64,000 nucleotides of DNA from Ramazzottius varieornatus (lineage: Eukaryota; Animalia; Tardigrada). The notes beneath the pieces were generated by a model, which saw only the letters and a program-made list of their open reading frames with translations, was not told the origin of the DNA and made no database searches. Shown here one piece after another: positions 1 to 12,922 of the stretch. Numbering within the stretch: the stretch's first letter is position 1; each line of letters opens with the position of its first letter. Made by a program: the position numbers and the translations under genes. Location: NCBI GenBank assembly GCA_001949185.1, contig BDGG01000002.1, positions 8,603,990-8,667,989 of the forward strand, given 5' to 3'.

Positions 1-59
1 CTTCCTCAATCATGAGACGCTTGTTCTGGTGCCGTAACTCCGCACTAGACTCCTGTAGA

Positions 60-790
60 CTTCACATGCACCACTGACCCCGATATAAGCCAGAAATTTC
101 TGGAGTATCCATCTCAATGGATGCCTCAATCTTTCAGGGGGTTTTTAGCTGCGGCAAGTAAATTTGTCCACGTACGCTATCTGTGAGCTATTCCTGGTGC
201 ATCTCAGAAAACATCCAGGAGGTCAAGTATCCCAACCTACAAGCGACAGAGATCAACCAGAACGACCAGAAACAGGTGAAGCAACTAAATAAATTTTACT
301 AATCAGCTATTCTACCTGTAGTCCTAATCTTCCAAGCTTTTACGAATTTGTCATCGGAGGAACGGTTCCGTCTTCTCCAGAAGTATCGTCTCGCGTAGAA
401 GGCATCTGAAGAATGTTCTCCTGGTTAGCTTCCAAATCGTAATATGAACAGACGGCTTGTTGCAGATTCCTAAAATACAGTTGAAAAAATTATATATTCT
501 GATCAATCCATCGTACGTGTCTTGATTGACAGCAACAAAGTATTTCCTGATTAGTTTGTTTCGAGTCACTTTCGACACTCACCAGTTGCTCATGTCCAGA
601 AAAAGTTCCCAAGCGAACTTGTTGGTAGCTTTGCTGAACAAGTTCTGGAAGCGGATAAGCAGGTCCTCCTTGTCGTTGGTGTCCATGGAAGAAAAGGCAG
701 TGAACAGATTTTTCTCACGGTCGCTCGAGTCTATTCTGCCAGCGTCTCCCGTCACCTCTTCTCCTCGCTTGTTTCGGCTCCCCTCATTCT
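60..790 (-). pseudogene. ILRUN: ILRUN (C6orf106)-like pseudogene, UBA-like plus NBR1-FW domain, introns retained
   Basis: Exon-like segments read FSSMDTNDKEDLLIRFQNL..FLDMSNW|NLQQAVCSYYD..VPP/FVKAWKIRTTG|WDT*PPGCFLR../..MDTPEISGLYRGQWCM. These match the ILRUN pattern FSCLGTTDKDVLISEFQ..FLDMTNWNLQAAIGAYYD..FVKTWRI..WPPG..GMYQGQWRM. Frameshifts and in-frame stops; GT-AG introns near 470-581 and 236-315. Confidence 0.85.
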
Positions 791-1342
791 CTAAACTTCT
801 GAACTTACAGTAGTGATGTACTCGTTGTATGAACAGGCGAACACAGGTTATTCAGCGAGTAAAAGGTGTCGAAAAACGGAAAGGATGTAAGACGCTCAGA
901 ATAAAAGCGCTGAGAATGAGGGCCCACATTTCAGAAAGAAATTTTGATTCATGAATATGATATTTGATGACTCGTGCGGTGAGCGGGAGTGAATTTATCG
1001 ACGAAAGCAGCCCAGCGCGCCAAGCTTTGACCACGTTCTTCCTCCGCAGTTGTTCCGCCTGGCCTTTGCCACAGTTATGCCATACCGCTTCGCTAAAGTG
1101 CGGAGTGTTAGTGACGCCGTCGTGGCGCATAGCGTGTACTAAAGGTTTCACCTCGTCTGTTTCTAGCTGGGAATGCGTCAGAGCCAAGGTTTATGAGTGT
1201 TGAGAACTCTGTCTCTCGGGTTTGTCAGAGTCGTGGATAAGTGTGATACAGTGTTAGTGGAATGAAGCTTCGAATTCGGGGCAACTGCCATGGCGGCACG
1301 AACTCTCTATTTAACACTGGTTCGATCAACTGCAGCTGATTA

Positions 1343-1770
1343 TATAGTAGGCTCGGCTGATTATACAGTAGGCCACGGCCGATTTTCGCCGTGGCGAAAA
1401 CGGCGAAATCGGCGAAAACGTTAGATTTGCTGTTTAGAGTGCTTTCGCTGTTAGATAGGAGCCTGAGTAGGCTTCGGGAATAGCCAACTATCAAAATTTT
1501 CAGAAATATGCCAGTTTACAAAACTCAGAAGGATATTTAAAGCGAATTTTTATTGCACCGTAAATCAAAAAGTCTCATTGTATTACGATAACAAAATGAT
1601 CTGATAGTTGCTGGTAACCGGTATTCATCTATGCATGGTGAAAAACCTTGAAGTACCATTGTCCAAAGCAAATCTAACGTTTTCGCCGAATTTCGCCGTG
1701 GCGAAAAATATTCTTCGTTACGGCGAAAATCGGCAAAAATTGATATTTTCGCTTCGCCGAGCGTACTATA
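1343..1770. mobile_element. MITE-like element with terminal and subterminal inverted repeats
   Basis: TATAGTAGGCTCGGC (1343) vs GCCGAGCGTACTATA (1756-1770). Internal IR TCGGCGAAAACGTTAGATTTGCT / AGCAAATCTAACGTTTTCGCCGA. Reiterated TTTCGCCG motifs. Confidence 0.7.
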
Positions 1771-2399
1771 GCTGATTACTTCACTTCCCCCGCTTTTTCG
1801 CTGTATACGCCACGACGACATTTCACAGAAAGCAAGTAACAAGCTGATCGAATCAGTTTCAAACTGAGAAAGCTCGGGGCAGCCCATGGCAGCTGCCCCG
1901 AATCTGAAGCTTCTCGCCGTCAACACTGTAGTTCGAGCGCGAAGGTACTGTCCAGGCCAAACTTCAGTCGTTGTAAGTCAGCTATGAGGGTGACAATGAT
2001 GATATCATTTGTTCATTTAACGGTTATAGAATGTGCAAAAACTTGGGGTTGATTGTTGATTGATGTTTTTGATGTTTATTTTAATATTTTTTTCCAGGGA
2101 AATGGGCTTGATAACCAAAGCTGAAGGTGTAAACTGTTTGGGGCAACTAGAGTTAGGGAAAAAATGTTGTGGACAGTTTGACCTACTTGAAAAGTGCACT
2201 AATGTTTTCAGTAAATATGCAAATGTAGCAAAGTGTATTTTAAGCAATCAAACAAGTATCTGTCTACCTAGCTATGGCAAACAACTACTCGCACACAATC
2301 AACTGCTTGCACACATTAGCGCATGGCATTCATAATTTCGGACAGGACAGCAACCCCATCAAAGTAGCATGATAGCGCTTAGCGATTTCGTTTTTGAGA

Positions 2400-2670
2400 T
2401 CTTGTGGACATTGATCTGGGGCTCTCGATCTAACCTTCTTGGTGTTCATATTCGTACAAAAACAGATTCCTGGTCGTCAGTGTTCTTTCACGGTCGACCA
2501 ATCTTCTTCGGTTCCTTCTTTGTACCATCCTCGTTGAACTTAGTAACGATACTACTAGCCCATCTCCTGAAGGCCTTACCGAAGTACTGTCCGATCTCCT
2601 CAAACGCAAGATTTCTTTTTCGCATTTATAAACTGTTTTTGCAACATCCGCCTAAATTCGAGGAGCCATA
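2400..2670 (-). mobile_element. Degenerate Tc1/mariner transposase N-terminal HTH fragment
   Basis: MRKRNLAFEEIGQYFGK..WASSIVTKFNEDGTKKEPKKIGRP*K resembles the paired-HTH plus GRPR motif; contains stops and frameshifts. Confidence 0.55.
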
Positions 2671-3699
2671 ACTCTAATTTCGTTAGCAAAAACCACTTCT
2701 ATAAGAGTGGACTTGAATTTGTCCGATACCGCAAACAGCTGTGATCGTCCTTGCAATTTTCTTCCGATGGCGCGGTCGGTGACCACCGGTCAACACCATG
2801 ACTTGACCAACTTCTTTTGATTAAATGTAGGGACAAATACTACACTCTGTTGAACAAGCCACACCTTTTCCACGCCTTCTTTTGACTCCATTACTTGTCC
2901 ACGATATTTTTTCCCTAACTACGAAGAAAATACTGATGCTCACAAGGGAAGTCTGGCAGGTGTCCGCCCCCGAACTTCCTTCAACTTTTTCCAACAAAAC
3001 TACATGGTCCTAGGTACCTTTTAAGAGTACACCCATCCGAAGTAAAACATCGGTTGGTGAAGAAGAAAAAATGGAAGATGCGCAAACCTTAGAATGAAAA
3101 CTAACAAAACACACTACCGTGTGCTATTTACAGTTAATTACCACTTCGCAGCAAATTGTATGGCACAAATACACTCATGTGCTTAATGACGTGCATATCG
3201 ACGCACATTGACTTGCATTGGACGTATACTGCGCAATACGTACACCGCGATTCTTTAATATTGATGTGTTGATTACTCATTCTTCAAGTGCGGATATGTT
3301 GATGATCATCCTAATGAATTCGTAAACCCTGTCAGGTTTTGTTTCGACGAGGAAGTAGATGAGTATAATAGCCGTAGTCCCGCTCTGAATTTTATAGTGT
3401 GTTCGTCGTGCAAGAAACAACTATGCTTCCAGCGTTTTTTTGTAGCATATCACAACTGTAACACTTTGGTGAGTAGCATCTGGTTCAAATTCCTGTTTTT
3501 ACTTACTCAAGAAGCCGATTTCCACATGAAGTATTACTGAGATCGGAAGCGTCGGATGCAGCAAAGACATGACTATACCAAGACTTCCAACACATGGAAA
3601 CCTCGACAGAGTTAGTACCAGAACCGAATGGGCGGAGTGTGCTCGGTACACCATGGCCAAAATCAAGTCTCGGAAATCAACCATGGTCTTCCGCAAACG

Positions 3700-3914
3700 A
3701 GATATCACTGGTGACAGCAAGTTTGCCATTAAGCGAAATACCGATATATCGATAATATATCGATATGACGCGATATGATATCGCCGAATATTTTATTGCA
3801 TTATTCGATACGAGTTTCATATCGATATTTTCGATACGATATCTGCCGCATATTTTATCGCAAAGATTCGATATATTTCGATACAATATCGATATACCGT
3901 ATCGTTGCCAGCAC
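3700..3914 (-). mobile_element. Partial copy of ATATCG-rich hAT-type MITE (same family as 53731-54106)
   Basis: Reverse complement aligns with the left ~200 bp of the 53731 element, including the end GTGCTGGCAACGATACGGT. Confidence 0.8.
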
Positions 3915-4755
3915 CATTCACGCCCTCTTTTGCGAGAGCTCCGCCCAAAACGCTGGCCTTCGAGCGGAGCTTTAGAATGAATCATTGACCGCTTTAGTCA
4001 TCGTAGAAAGCTGTTCCGGCATTCTAAAGCCCTTAAATTGGGGAAACTATGGCAAGCCTGAGCCAATGGCGGAAAGACCAAAGGATGGGAACCAATGTTC
4101 ATTCACATCCTCCTACATGTTACGTTGTACCCTGTCGGTCGTACCATTGTCCGACCAGCAGGGTCCTGAGAGTAATCAATTCTTTGTGAATTAACTAGCT
4201 GTTTCACCGAGTTGATTTGTACGAATTTGATTGATCGGACACAAAGCCATGACTCAGCAAAAACTAGAGCAATCGGAAAAATCAAAAAAAAGTGGGGGAA
4301 TCATCCTGAGAAAACGATCGTGCTGTCTGGAGCTCGAGCTCCCTCTGATGAGTTTGCGATTTAGAGTCCCCTTGGGTATTGTACCTTTTATTATCAGTTT
4401 CTGCTCAGTCTCACAGTTTTCCCTTTGAACATTTATCTTTGCTGCTTCTCGTTTGTATGTTTGGTTCGTTATTGATGTTGCCAAAGATATCACTGGAGTT
4501 CTGGACTGCTGGTGCGAGTTCTGGACTCCTCGTAGTCAGGGTGGGGTGTCGTAGAGAAATAGTGTCTCAGAAAATGTCCAATGTCATTACGTTATGTTAT
4601 ATGACATCACCTGCCTTCGTTGTCTTCGTTTTCAAGATTAAATTTGATCAGGACTCCTGTTTTTCATTGTCCTCGTTCTCGAATCTCCATCCTCATCCTC
4701 CGCAGAAACGTAACTCACCCACCATGTCAAAGAAGCCTCGGTTTGGACTATGATT

Positions 4756-4827
4756 ATCTAGTAGACTATGAGTCTACTAGATTGCACATGCGAGGCGCAC
4801 ACATGTGCAATCTAGTAGACTCATAGT
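4756..4827. repeat. Perfect 26-bp inverted repeat with an overlapping 12-bp alternative hairpin
   Basis: ACTATGAGTCTACTAGATTGCACATG (4765-4790) pairs with CATGTGCAATCTAGTAGACTCATAGT (4802-4827). ATCTAGTAGACT-ATG-AGTCTACTAGAT lies at 4756-4782. Confidence 0.9.
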
Positions 4828-4915
4828 ACATACAGCCACTGGCAGCCAAGTGTTCACTTCTCATGAAAGAAGTTCTTACTTCCTTCAGACAACAGATAAC
4901 CTCTTCATTTAACTT

Positions 4916-5435
4916 CTACATGACCACGTGTCTATCCAGTATCGTTTGGACACGACCTTGCCAAGAGGAAAGCGTACTCCGAATTTCAGCGGTATCATAA
5001 CTTTCACAGACTTTTTTGATAACGCTAATGAGGCCTTTTATGGTGGTCGCCTTCCGCTCAGAGAAAATTCTCTTGAGATTCCCGTTGATCCCGTAGTCCA
5101 AAGGGGCTAAGTCAGGGCTGTTCGCCATCCAAATCTCCTTCGGAATATACTTGACACGATGATCTTTGAGGTGCTGGATGGTCAGCTTGGCCGTGCGAGA
5201 TGGAGCACTGTCCATGTGGAAGATGACATCTTTCGCCGAATTCCCGTAGAGCCTGGGAATGTCTTCATGGATCATCTTCGACAGGATTTCATCAATAAAG
5301 TACTGGGCTATCATCTTGGCAGAGCCGTTTATGACGTAGACGCGCGACATTCCGAACCAGCAGATTCCAATGGCGATCATGAATTTCTTGGGCCACTGCT
5401 TGGTCGTCTTTTTCTTCCACTCTTCAGGGATTTCT
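4916..5435 (-). mobile_element. IS630-Tc1-mariner transposase C-terminal half, DD37D (maT) type, 5'-truncated
   Basis: IFHMDSAP...WMANSPDLAPLDY with exactly 37 residues between the two Asp. The frame extends upstream as EIPEEWKKKTTKQWPKKFMIAIG, then breaks at another repeat. Confidence 0.85.
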
Positions 5436-5494
5436 GCACATGTATTGCTACTAACACCCAGGATGCCCTAGTGCGGTGTACAGCGAATCTACGA

Positions 5495-6085
5495 TTTTTT
5501 TTCTTGGGTTTAACGCCAGTGAAACCAGAACGGTATATTGCGTTAACAGTACGCCGACGAGTTCGTCAGGAAGTATAGGCAAATTAGACAGATGCGTGGC
5601 TGAAGGGGCCTACCTACAATGCCAACTTCGTCGCCCTGTGATCACGTCCCAATGTTCTTTTGCAGTACGAACGCTATCGGAGATGTTGAGAAACCGAAGC
5701 TTCGGTTTTCTGGTGGTTGCTAGGGTTGCTTGTGCGCTTTGCTTGAAATAGCTTATCTCGATCATGTTGCTACAATTTAAGGTTGGCACGAAAGCCGACA
5801 TGAAGAGCCCCGTCAACTGATAGCGACTGTCTCAAGTCGATGTCTAATTGGACTGCGCTGAAGTCTTACGTGACCCCTCGGTTTGCTGTCCTGGTCGCAA
5901 TGTCAGCAGCATCATGAAGCCTGAAGATTTGTACCGTAACGTTCACGGTTTCAGTAAAGTCGAAGCCTATTATCACCTAGCAGTGATGTGGTATAATAGT
6001 CGACGGAAGATATGTAATTACTTGCGCGTTTCACACCGTCGGCGAATATTCAGTACAGAAATTAGGCCGGTTAGAGCGACATGTT
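5495..6085. repeat. Dispersed ~600-bp non-coding repeat, copy A
   Basis: Colinear with the reverse complement of 35545-35820, 36130-36290 and 37145-37236. Confidence 0.8.
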
Positions 6086-6388
6086 CTCGTGGGTTCTCAC
6101 GGGAGTTACTCGATCCGCACAAATAAAACGTAGAACCAGATTATTCCCACCACGTCGACGCCAAACCGACACACCTCGCCCGCTTTACGGTTCTCACTCA
6201 TTCAGCACAGCGTACGGAATATGAGACTCCGTAGACTAGCTTTAGCCAGAGTAATTCCGCTTTAACGCATCGGTGCAAGAGCTGTGCGCGGTAGAAAAAA
6301 CAACAGCGGCCTCCGGCCATTTCTGCAAAACATCTCTAGTTCTCCGGGCGCAGTAAGCCCTGTTCGCAATGGTGAACGAAAAGTGAGG

Positions 6389-7484
6389 CTATGAGAGTTT
6401 GCTACTTAGGTTGGCTTCTTTATTCGTGCCGAGCCCCACGTCAGGGTTCATTTTTCCCTCGGTTGCACCTCCGAAGTACTCCACGTATACTTCTTCCGGG
6501 TACGATACTGCTTTTATTGCCGGCAAATTTCTCAACGCATCCATCCAGTGTTTGAGCTTTGGGTGCCGTTCATCGCTAAAGTCGTAATTACCCCCGCGAA
6601 CCTTTATCAAGCTCGGCAGATGCTCGAACCACGGCCACACCATCAGATCCACGAACCCAACCGTGTCCCCTTCAAGAAAACAGAGCACCACTTCTCCTCG
6701 CGGATCTTTCATTAGGGGAAGCTCGCAAACAAGCTTGACAAGATTTTTATCCCAGGTGGCGCATATGTATACTATTACTGGCTGGCAGCGTGCGCTAATT
6801 GGCGTAATGATACTGTCGACTTTGATTGTTTTCCCAAGTGACGCATGTATCTAGCGTTATCGATGGAAAGCGTGCGCCACTTGCGGAAACGATCTCATCG
6901 CGTTTGTTCTTTTCGGTTTCTTACGGGCAAAGCAGTTGGTACCTGTAAGAAAGGTGTTTTGAAGCATGTTCTCTATCTTGTCTAGAGTGGTCACCAGCTT
7001 GTCCACATGTTCAGTGCCGTCTTTCATTCGAACGTCGCGATAGGCGGGCAAGAGTGTGTCGGCCATGATGCGGTCGATTAGCAGCCGCTGCTGGGCTTTG
7101 TCGTGCGGGTCGCAGGCCATAATCTTACCCGCTCCCTCAAACTCTTCGTCAAGGTACTCGCACACGATCAGCGATTCGTACAGAGAGCCTTTGCCAGGTT
7201 CTGCCAGCGAGGGGACCTTACCGTGGGGGTTCACTTCAAAATACCAATCGGGCTTGCTGGTGTAGTCGATGTTCACCACATTGTACCTGTAGAACAGATT
7301 CGCTGGTCATTAAGAAGGCATCGTAGAATAAGGCTTAAAAGACGAACGGGATCTTCTTTAGGTTGAGCAGGGCGCGGATGCGGAGCGCATAAGGACAGAA
7401 GCGCATACTGTACAGCGTCAGCTCCGTCACTTCCGGTCTGGCATCCTCTTTCCGGAGAGCCTTCGATTCCCCATTCTTCTCCAT
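6389..7484 (-). CDS. GSTO: Glutathione S-transferase omega class (3 exons: 7484-7348, 7286-6943, 6669-6389)
   Basis: LYSMRFCPYA active site, KPDWYFEVNPHGKVP, YESLIVCEYLDE, FVDLMVWPWFE; phase-consistent GT-AG introns. Confidence 0.92.
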
Positions 7485-7952
7485 GCCGAAGAACTTCACG
7501 TGGCAGATTCGGTCTTCCGGGCCTTACCGATTGCCAATGAGAACAGCATGGACCACGATCTACGTACTGCTGTATGTCCGCGGCAAAGGCAAGCTCTCCA
7601 AACTTCCTCCTTAGATGATCGAGATTTATCTCGTGGCGCAAATCTTATCTCTCCGTTCGCCGTTTTTATCATCACTTGCAGCACTTGTTATGGGAAAAGC
7701 ACAGACTACGATAAGGAGGAATGACACACAACTTTTTCTTGACCGGAGAAACTCGCTTCGCATCAAAAAGCGACTGTCCTCGAGTTGACTGGATCAACAG
7801 AGTTTGTACTAAAAAGAGGTTTAAACACAGGGATAAAACAGGTACAGTGTGCAGTAGAGCTTATATTACTTTAAGAAATCATTCGTCTCAAAGGCCTTCA
7901 AGCCACCGGGGAAGCCCAGAATAATCTCAGCTGCAAAGCGTATGTCAGCAAG

Positions 7953-10205
7953 CTACTTGCAGCGCCTCTTGAGTTCCTGTGTCAGGAGAGCGATATGTTC
8001 CTCTAAAAAGTCACACCTTTCGTCTTTCTTGGCCAGTTCTCTTTGCAGCCTCAGGATTTTGTCGATGAGCACTGAACGGTCGACCAGATCGACCGCCGAC
8101 TGCGGAGACGGAGCCTGAAAAGGAGATGGCGAATGGTCGAACAAAGCCCCAACCCTGTTCGAATGATCAGATTCATGAAGCCTTACCGCGTCGTCTTCAC
8201 CGTTGGAGAGGCCGTGACAGCTGGCGGAAGTGTGAAGGGACAGGGGCGAAATGTCTAAGGAGCTGGATGAGCTGGCCCGCGAGTGCAGGCTCAAGCGATC
8301 GTTGGGCGACTCGGAGGAATGATCACCATGACCATTCTCAAGGCCGTTCAGCGGAGACGACTTGGCGGCTTGTGCAAGCTGCCTTTTCAGATCCTAGAAA
8401 AATACACCAGAGAACCTTACAAAGCAATCCATAATAAGACTCTCACTTCCGGTCCGACAAAATCTGTATGGTTCGAATTACCTCCCCATGCTGGTCAAGT
8501 CTTTTCTAGAAATAGGACTTCCTACCTTCAAAGTAGCGTTGTACATTCTGACGGTCAGGCGTTTGTCGTTCTCGCCATCGTCCACTGCTTTGCGAAGTTT
8601 CTGAAGCTCACTGTCTTTCGCTTGCAGTTCGTGCTGTAATCGTTCGTTCTCCGACGTCCAGTCTGTCCTGCAAGACTCCAACTCTGAAGACAGCCTTGCC
8701 ATTATATCCTTCTGCTCACTGGAAAGCCGCTGGATATCACAGTACTGCGCCTGAAGGGCTTTGTGCGTCTTGTTCAAGACATCGACCTGCAAAAAGAGAC
8801 AAGACTGCCATGACGTTGTGCGCAAATTTAAACGATAACGTAAAGACCTGATAGCATCACAAAACAGCCATGACGCCATACTCAACCATCAGTTGATTGC
8901 GTCGATTGATTGACAGGAACTGACATATTATTCAGCCAGAGTGATAGTCGTGATGTCAGTCTAGCTTGACGCCTGTTGCAGTTTCAAGCGGTATACTCAA
9001 TCAACAATCAAGTTCAAGAAGGGGACCAGAATACAGTCGTACCTGTGAGATGTGACAATTGCTTCTTCTGCAACCGAACAGCGTTTCTGTACGAGACTGC
9101 TAGCCATGCACTGAGCAGCACGATCAGCTGGTCGATGTCCGGTGGTCTTTTGACTTGCTCAAGTAATCAAGCGCGTGTCTGATCAACTGATCGGTCTCAT
9201 GCGAATAGCACGGCGAGCAAACCCTTGCACACATGAACCCTCCAGAACTGATTTCGGGCGTTTGAACTGTGACATCTCACAGGTGATACTGTATTTAAAT
9301 TCCTTGTTTTGTTAGTGTCAAGAAGGGTTGAAAAGATTTTTGTCCGCGGTTTTCGTTGCACCGAATAAAATATTAGATTATTTATCAGAACCACTGAACC
9401 AATTATAAAAAATTACCGACGACCGTAAATATTTGACAGTATTTAGCAGTTTTTAACCAAGTCAAGGCCGTGCCAATAACTTGTCAAGGCGGAGCCGAGC
9501 TCCGCCTTGACTGGTGGCTACGTCACGGCAGTTTACCGATGATCCGGAAATTCATCTTTTTGAGTGACATCACGACTATCACTCTGATTCAGCTTTCTTC
9601 CGTCCTCATTCTTTCGTCCAGGAGAACGACGAACTTACCTCGGAGGAAAAGGAAGACACCTTGATTTTGAGATCAACGTTGTTGGCGGTGAGCTTCTCCA
9701 CCAAGTCGAGGGAATCTTGATACTGATTCTGGTACTTGGCAGCTTCATTTTCCGTCTCTTTCAGCAGATCACGAAACCTATCCAAGTCCGACTGCAGCTC
9801 GATGATTTGTCTCTTGTGGCTGCAAACAAGTTACAGATATATCAGCGTGGGGTGCTTCAACCATCGGGTGGCTCCTACAGACACACATAGATTACATACT
9901 TGTCAATTTGCGATTCCAGTTGCCGTTTGGCGTGCAGATGCTCTTGGATGGAGTTTAGATCACGCTTCTGAGCGACCAGCGCTTCCTTCAGTCTCTTGAC
10001 TTCCTTCTGCGCTTCACTCTTTTCGCTATCCAGACAAATGACCTGAAAGATGATTCTTGTCAAGTCGGCGGGATACACAACTGGGAACGTACGCGCTTAC
10101 CTTGGCTCGCATCGTCTGCGATTCCAGCAATAGCTCCTGGTATTTCCGCCTGGCTGTGTCCAGCTCGTGCTGCACTGCGCTTGACTCTTGTTCATCTTTG
10201 CTCAT
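7953..10205 (-). CDS. CCDC186: CCDC186-like coiled-coil protein, ~376 aa (exons 10205-10101, 10042-9900, 9819-9639, 8786-8526, 8393-7953)
   Basis: Five phase-consistent exons. Motifs MRAKVICLDSEK, SRASSSSSLD and VDRSVLIDKILRLQRELAKKDERCDFLEEHIALLTQELKRR recall the CCDC186 C-terminal region. Start codon uncertain. Confidence 0.72.
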
Positions 10206-11320
10206 AGTCGTCACAACTATCCGATGCACATCAGATATCTACCACAAAGCAGGCCGATGAATCAAGGAGAATGGAAGATTCGGACGGAAGGAGAAATGCG
10301 CGAAGGAACTTGATCACAGATTCACTCACAGTATGGCTTGCAGCGTGACGTTGACACAGCACAATTGCTGTATGGGGAATCAAACAAACGGTACTTCGAT
10401 TCCTGTTTGACCGGCTGTTTCGGTGTTTCAGCTTCAAAACTTATTCTTGAACTTTTAGTATTTATCGTAACGGAAGCCTGATAACCAGCAGACGCAGCTT
10501 GCAAACTTTTCTGAATTCGGGACCCATAATGTGGGAAACCAACGAGCTAGCAGAGAATTCAACGGCGACCACGCAAAAGGGAGGGTCCCTGGCGAAGACC
10601 TCATGAGTTTTGGACATCCCCTTCTGGCTCTTCAGGCTTCTGCAATCATGTTTACATGTATAGGCGGCAACTGGCTGCAACGAACAGAAGGTTACTATTA
10701 ATAATTTCTTGGATCCCGCGGTTTCGGCACACCGCATCGCATTATCACTAATATCGTCTGTTAGACGAATGACACGATGAGCCACGTCCGGGGCTCGGAG
10801 TGTTCTTTGCGTGCCAGTTTTGATTCGAAAGGCTAATATTTCGAACCAGCGTCGCACACGGTGTGTTTCATGATCAGGACTAATGACAGCACAAGATAGG
10901 TGCCTAGTCAGGACTGTCATTAACGTTCGAAAGACGATGATACCCAGGTCGCCATAATGCCATACTATTGTCGATCATTAATGACCGATTCTGAGACGAA
11001 TGTGGAGCAGTCTTTCTTAAGGAGATAGCTGGAAAGAACTGACCCATCTACACTGTGGTCTTAAATTATCTTGGTATCCGACTTGACGTCCTTTCGAGAT
11101 CATTTCCATCAAACTGTCTACAGCCATATTTTGACGTGCAACTATAAGCGAAGAGGTGAATCGAGCGATGGTTACAAGGATACCAAGCCTCGAATTTCTC
11201 CCTCCCGAAACCTGGCTCACCTGTTTCTTCTGCCTGATAACATTGCGATATGGATGCCGAGTCTTGAAAGATTTGCGCGCTGATTCGGACGTGTCATCGG
11301 TCGAGATCTCTCAGTGGACC

Positions 11321-12783
11321 ATGACCATAAGGAACTCGTCCCAGTCGGAAGCCATGATCCTTCATAATGTGGTCTCCCCGGATGCTTTGCGCTCTTGGGT
11401 AGTCTGCAGCCTACTGCTCTTGACCATTTCGTCGATATTAAATTCGCGGAACTTGCTTGCTTTACTTGCTCATCAACGACGACGCCCGTGGACATCGTGG
11501 TATGTCCTGCTGGCTCATCTGTACGTCATCGACCTATTCTGCAGCTCGATCTTATACACCAGCAGCATTGTCAAGATATCTTCGCCGTACTGGGAGATCT
11601 GGGGTCACCGGGTGTTCTGCCAGATAGTTGGCTTCATCTGCACTTACACCGCTATATGCTCCAGTACAAAGTACAGTGGAACTAATACTGTATACCGACA
11701 ATACCGTAGAAGGTTACCAGTGTCTCATAGCTCGAGGGGTATATGATATACAGTATAATGATGATTGTCTCGTTGTTTCTAGTGTATGCGCGATGGCCAT
11801 CCTGCGTGTGTATACGGCTTTCCACCGTCAACTTAGCGTTTTGACACTTCAGAGAAAGGTCGAGCAGTTTTTCAAGTTCCTTCTTTTCTTCAGTCACGTT
11901 ACCAGCACATTGGCCACTGCCTCAACCTACATGACTGGTGGCAGTGGGGAAATTGATCCGCCCTGTGCTTTCTGTGGCCGGAACCCTTATAATAATACTT
12001 ACGAAGCTCAGATCGTCGAAATGACTGCTTGAGCGTTTCTGCCAACAGCAGTGACAGCGGTCTGTTATGGGGTGGTCCATCTTTTACTTCCATCTTAAAC
12101 GTTTCGAGCGCGAGGCTGCTCAACAGCGACGTCTACAATCAGCGTCGTTAAGCTCAGCTGACTCATATCCGGGTAAAGAGATGCAATGTTTGCAGACTCT
12201 GTCCAACCGTATCATTGTTATGATTCTCTTGAAGTTTCTGGTGCATTTTCCCATCGCCATCTTTTATCTGCTGCGTCTACAAGGTGCTGAAGCTTCGAGA
12301 CCAGGGATCAACTTGCTTGTTCTTTCTCCCTACACTACTCGTCTACGTTTTTTGATGCGGTGAGGAGACCCAGAACCGTTGCTGCGACAGGGGTACAGGT
12401 AGGACCTGTCTATCTGGGATCCATTCTGGGTAGGCTGGTTACTGATAGGCAAGACCACATTGACTCCATGTGGCGTCAAGCGGTTGGTCGCGGTCGATCC
12501 GGCTTTCGCTGACTGAACGTTATGAAAACAAATTGGTCGCCTTGTCGAACCTATCGGCGCTGGACGAACTAGCCATCTTCAGAATCCGATAGACGGGTCC
12601 CACATGGTTTAACTGAGCAGTGCGGAATCTCTGCACCAGGACCAATGCCGTAAGCTTAAGAGTACAGACTGCCATTCTTTGACGGAAGCTTGTTGCTTTT
12701 AGATTCTATACGGTTTGGCGGACCCTGAAATGGAGAAACCGTGTCAGAGGCTGGGCGGGAAACCACTGGGAACGATTCTGTAG
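11321..12783 (+). pseudogene. Class-A GPCR-like pseudogene (paralog of 14551-16382)
   Basis: Same three-exon layout as the paralog. TGG>TGA stop at 12030-12032 (MTA*AFLP vs MTAWAFLP), a deletion in ICL3 and a frameshift near 12330. Confidence 0.85.
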
Positions 12784-12922
12784 GTCTCCAGGATTCTTTT
12801 CCGACTAGATTTGTAGCTCAAACTGTAGAAGAAGCTCTCGTCCCTCTTTCTGCGATAGCGATCTGAGCATCAAGATTAGCAGTTGGCGTAATTCCCTTGA
12901 AATTAAACATCTACGTTGGACG

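Noticed and set aside
852-1187. 111-aa ORF with a faint LRR-like 'LALTHSQLETDEVKPLVHAM' segment
   Set aside because: One weak repeat, no ATG or splice support; cannot be assigned.
3677-3985. Overlapping I/D/R/Y/S-rich ORFs (also at 53588-54146)
   Set aside because: They are translations of the ATATCG-rich MITE.
5848-6126. ORF pair MDCAEV.RDPSVCCPGR (also 35560-35787) that looks like a conserved gene
   Set aside because: The similarity is explained by the dispersed repeat; non-ATG starts and no evidence of codon-level conservation.
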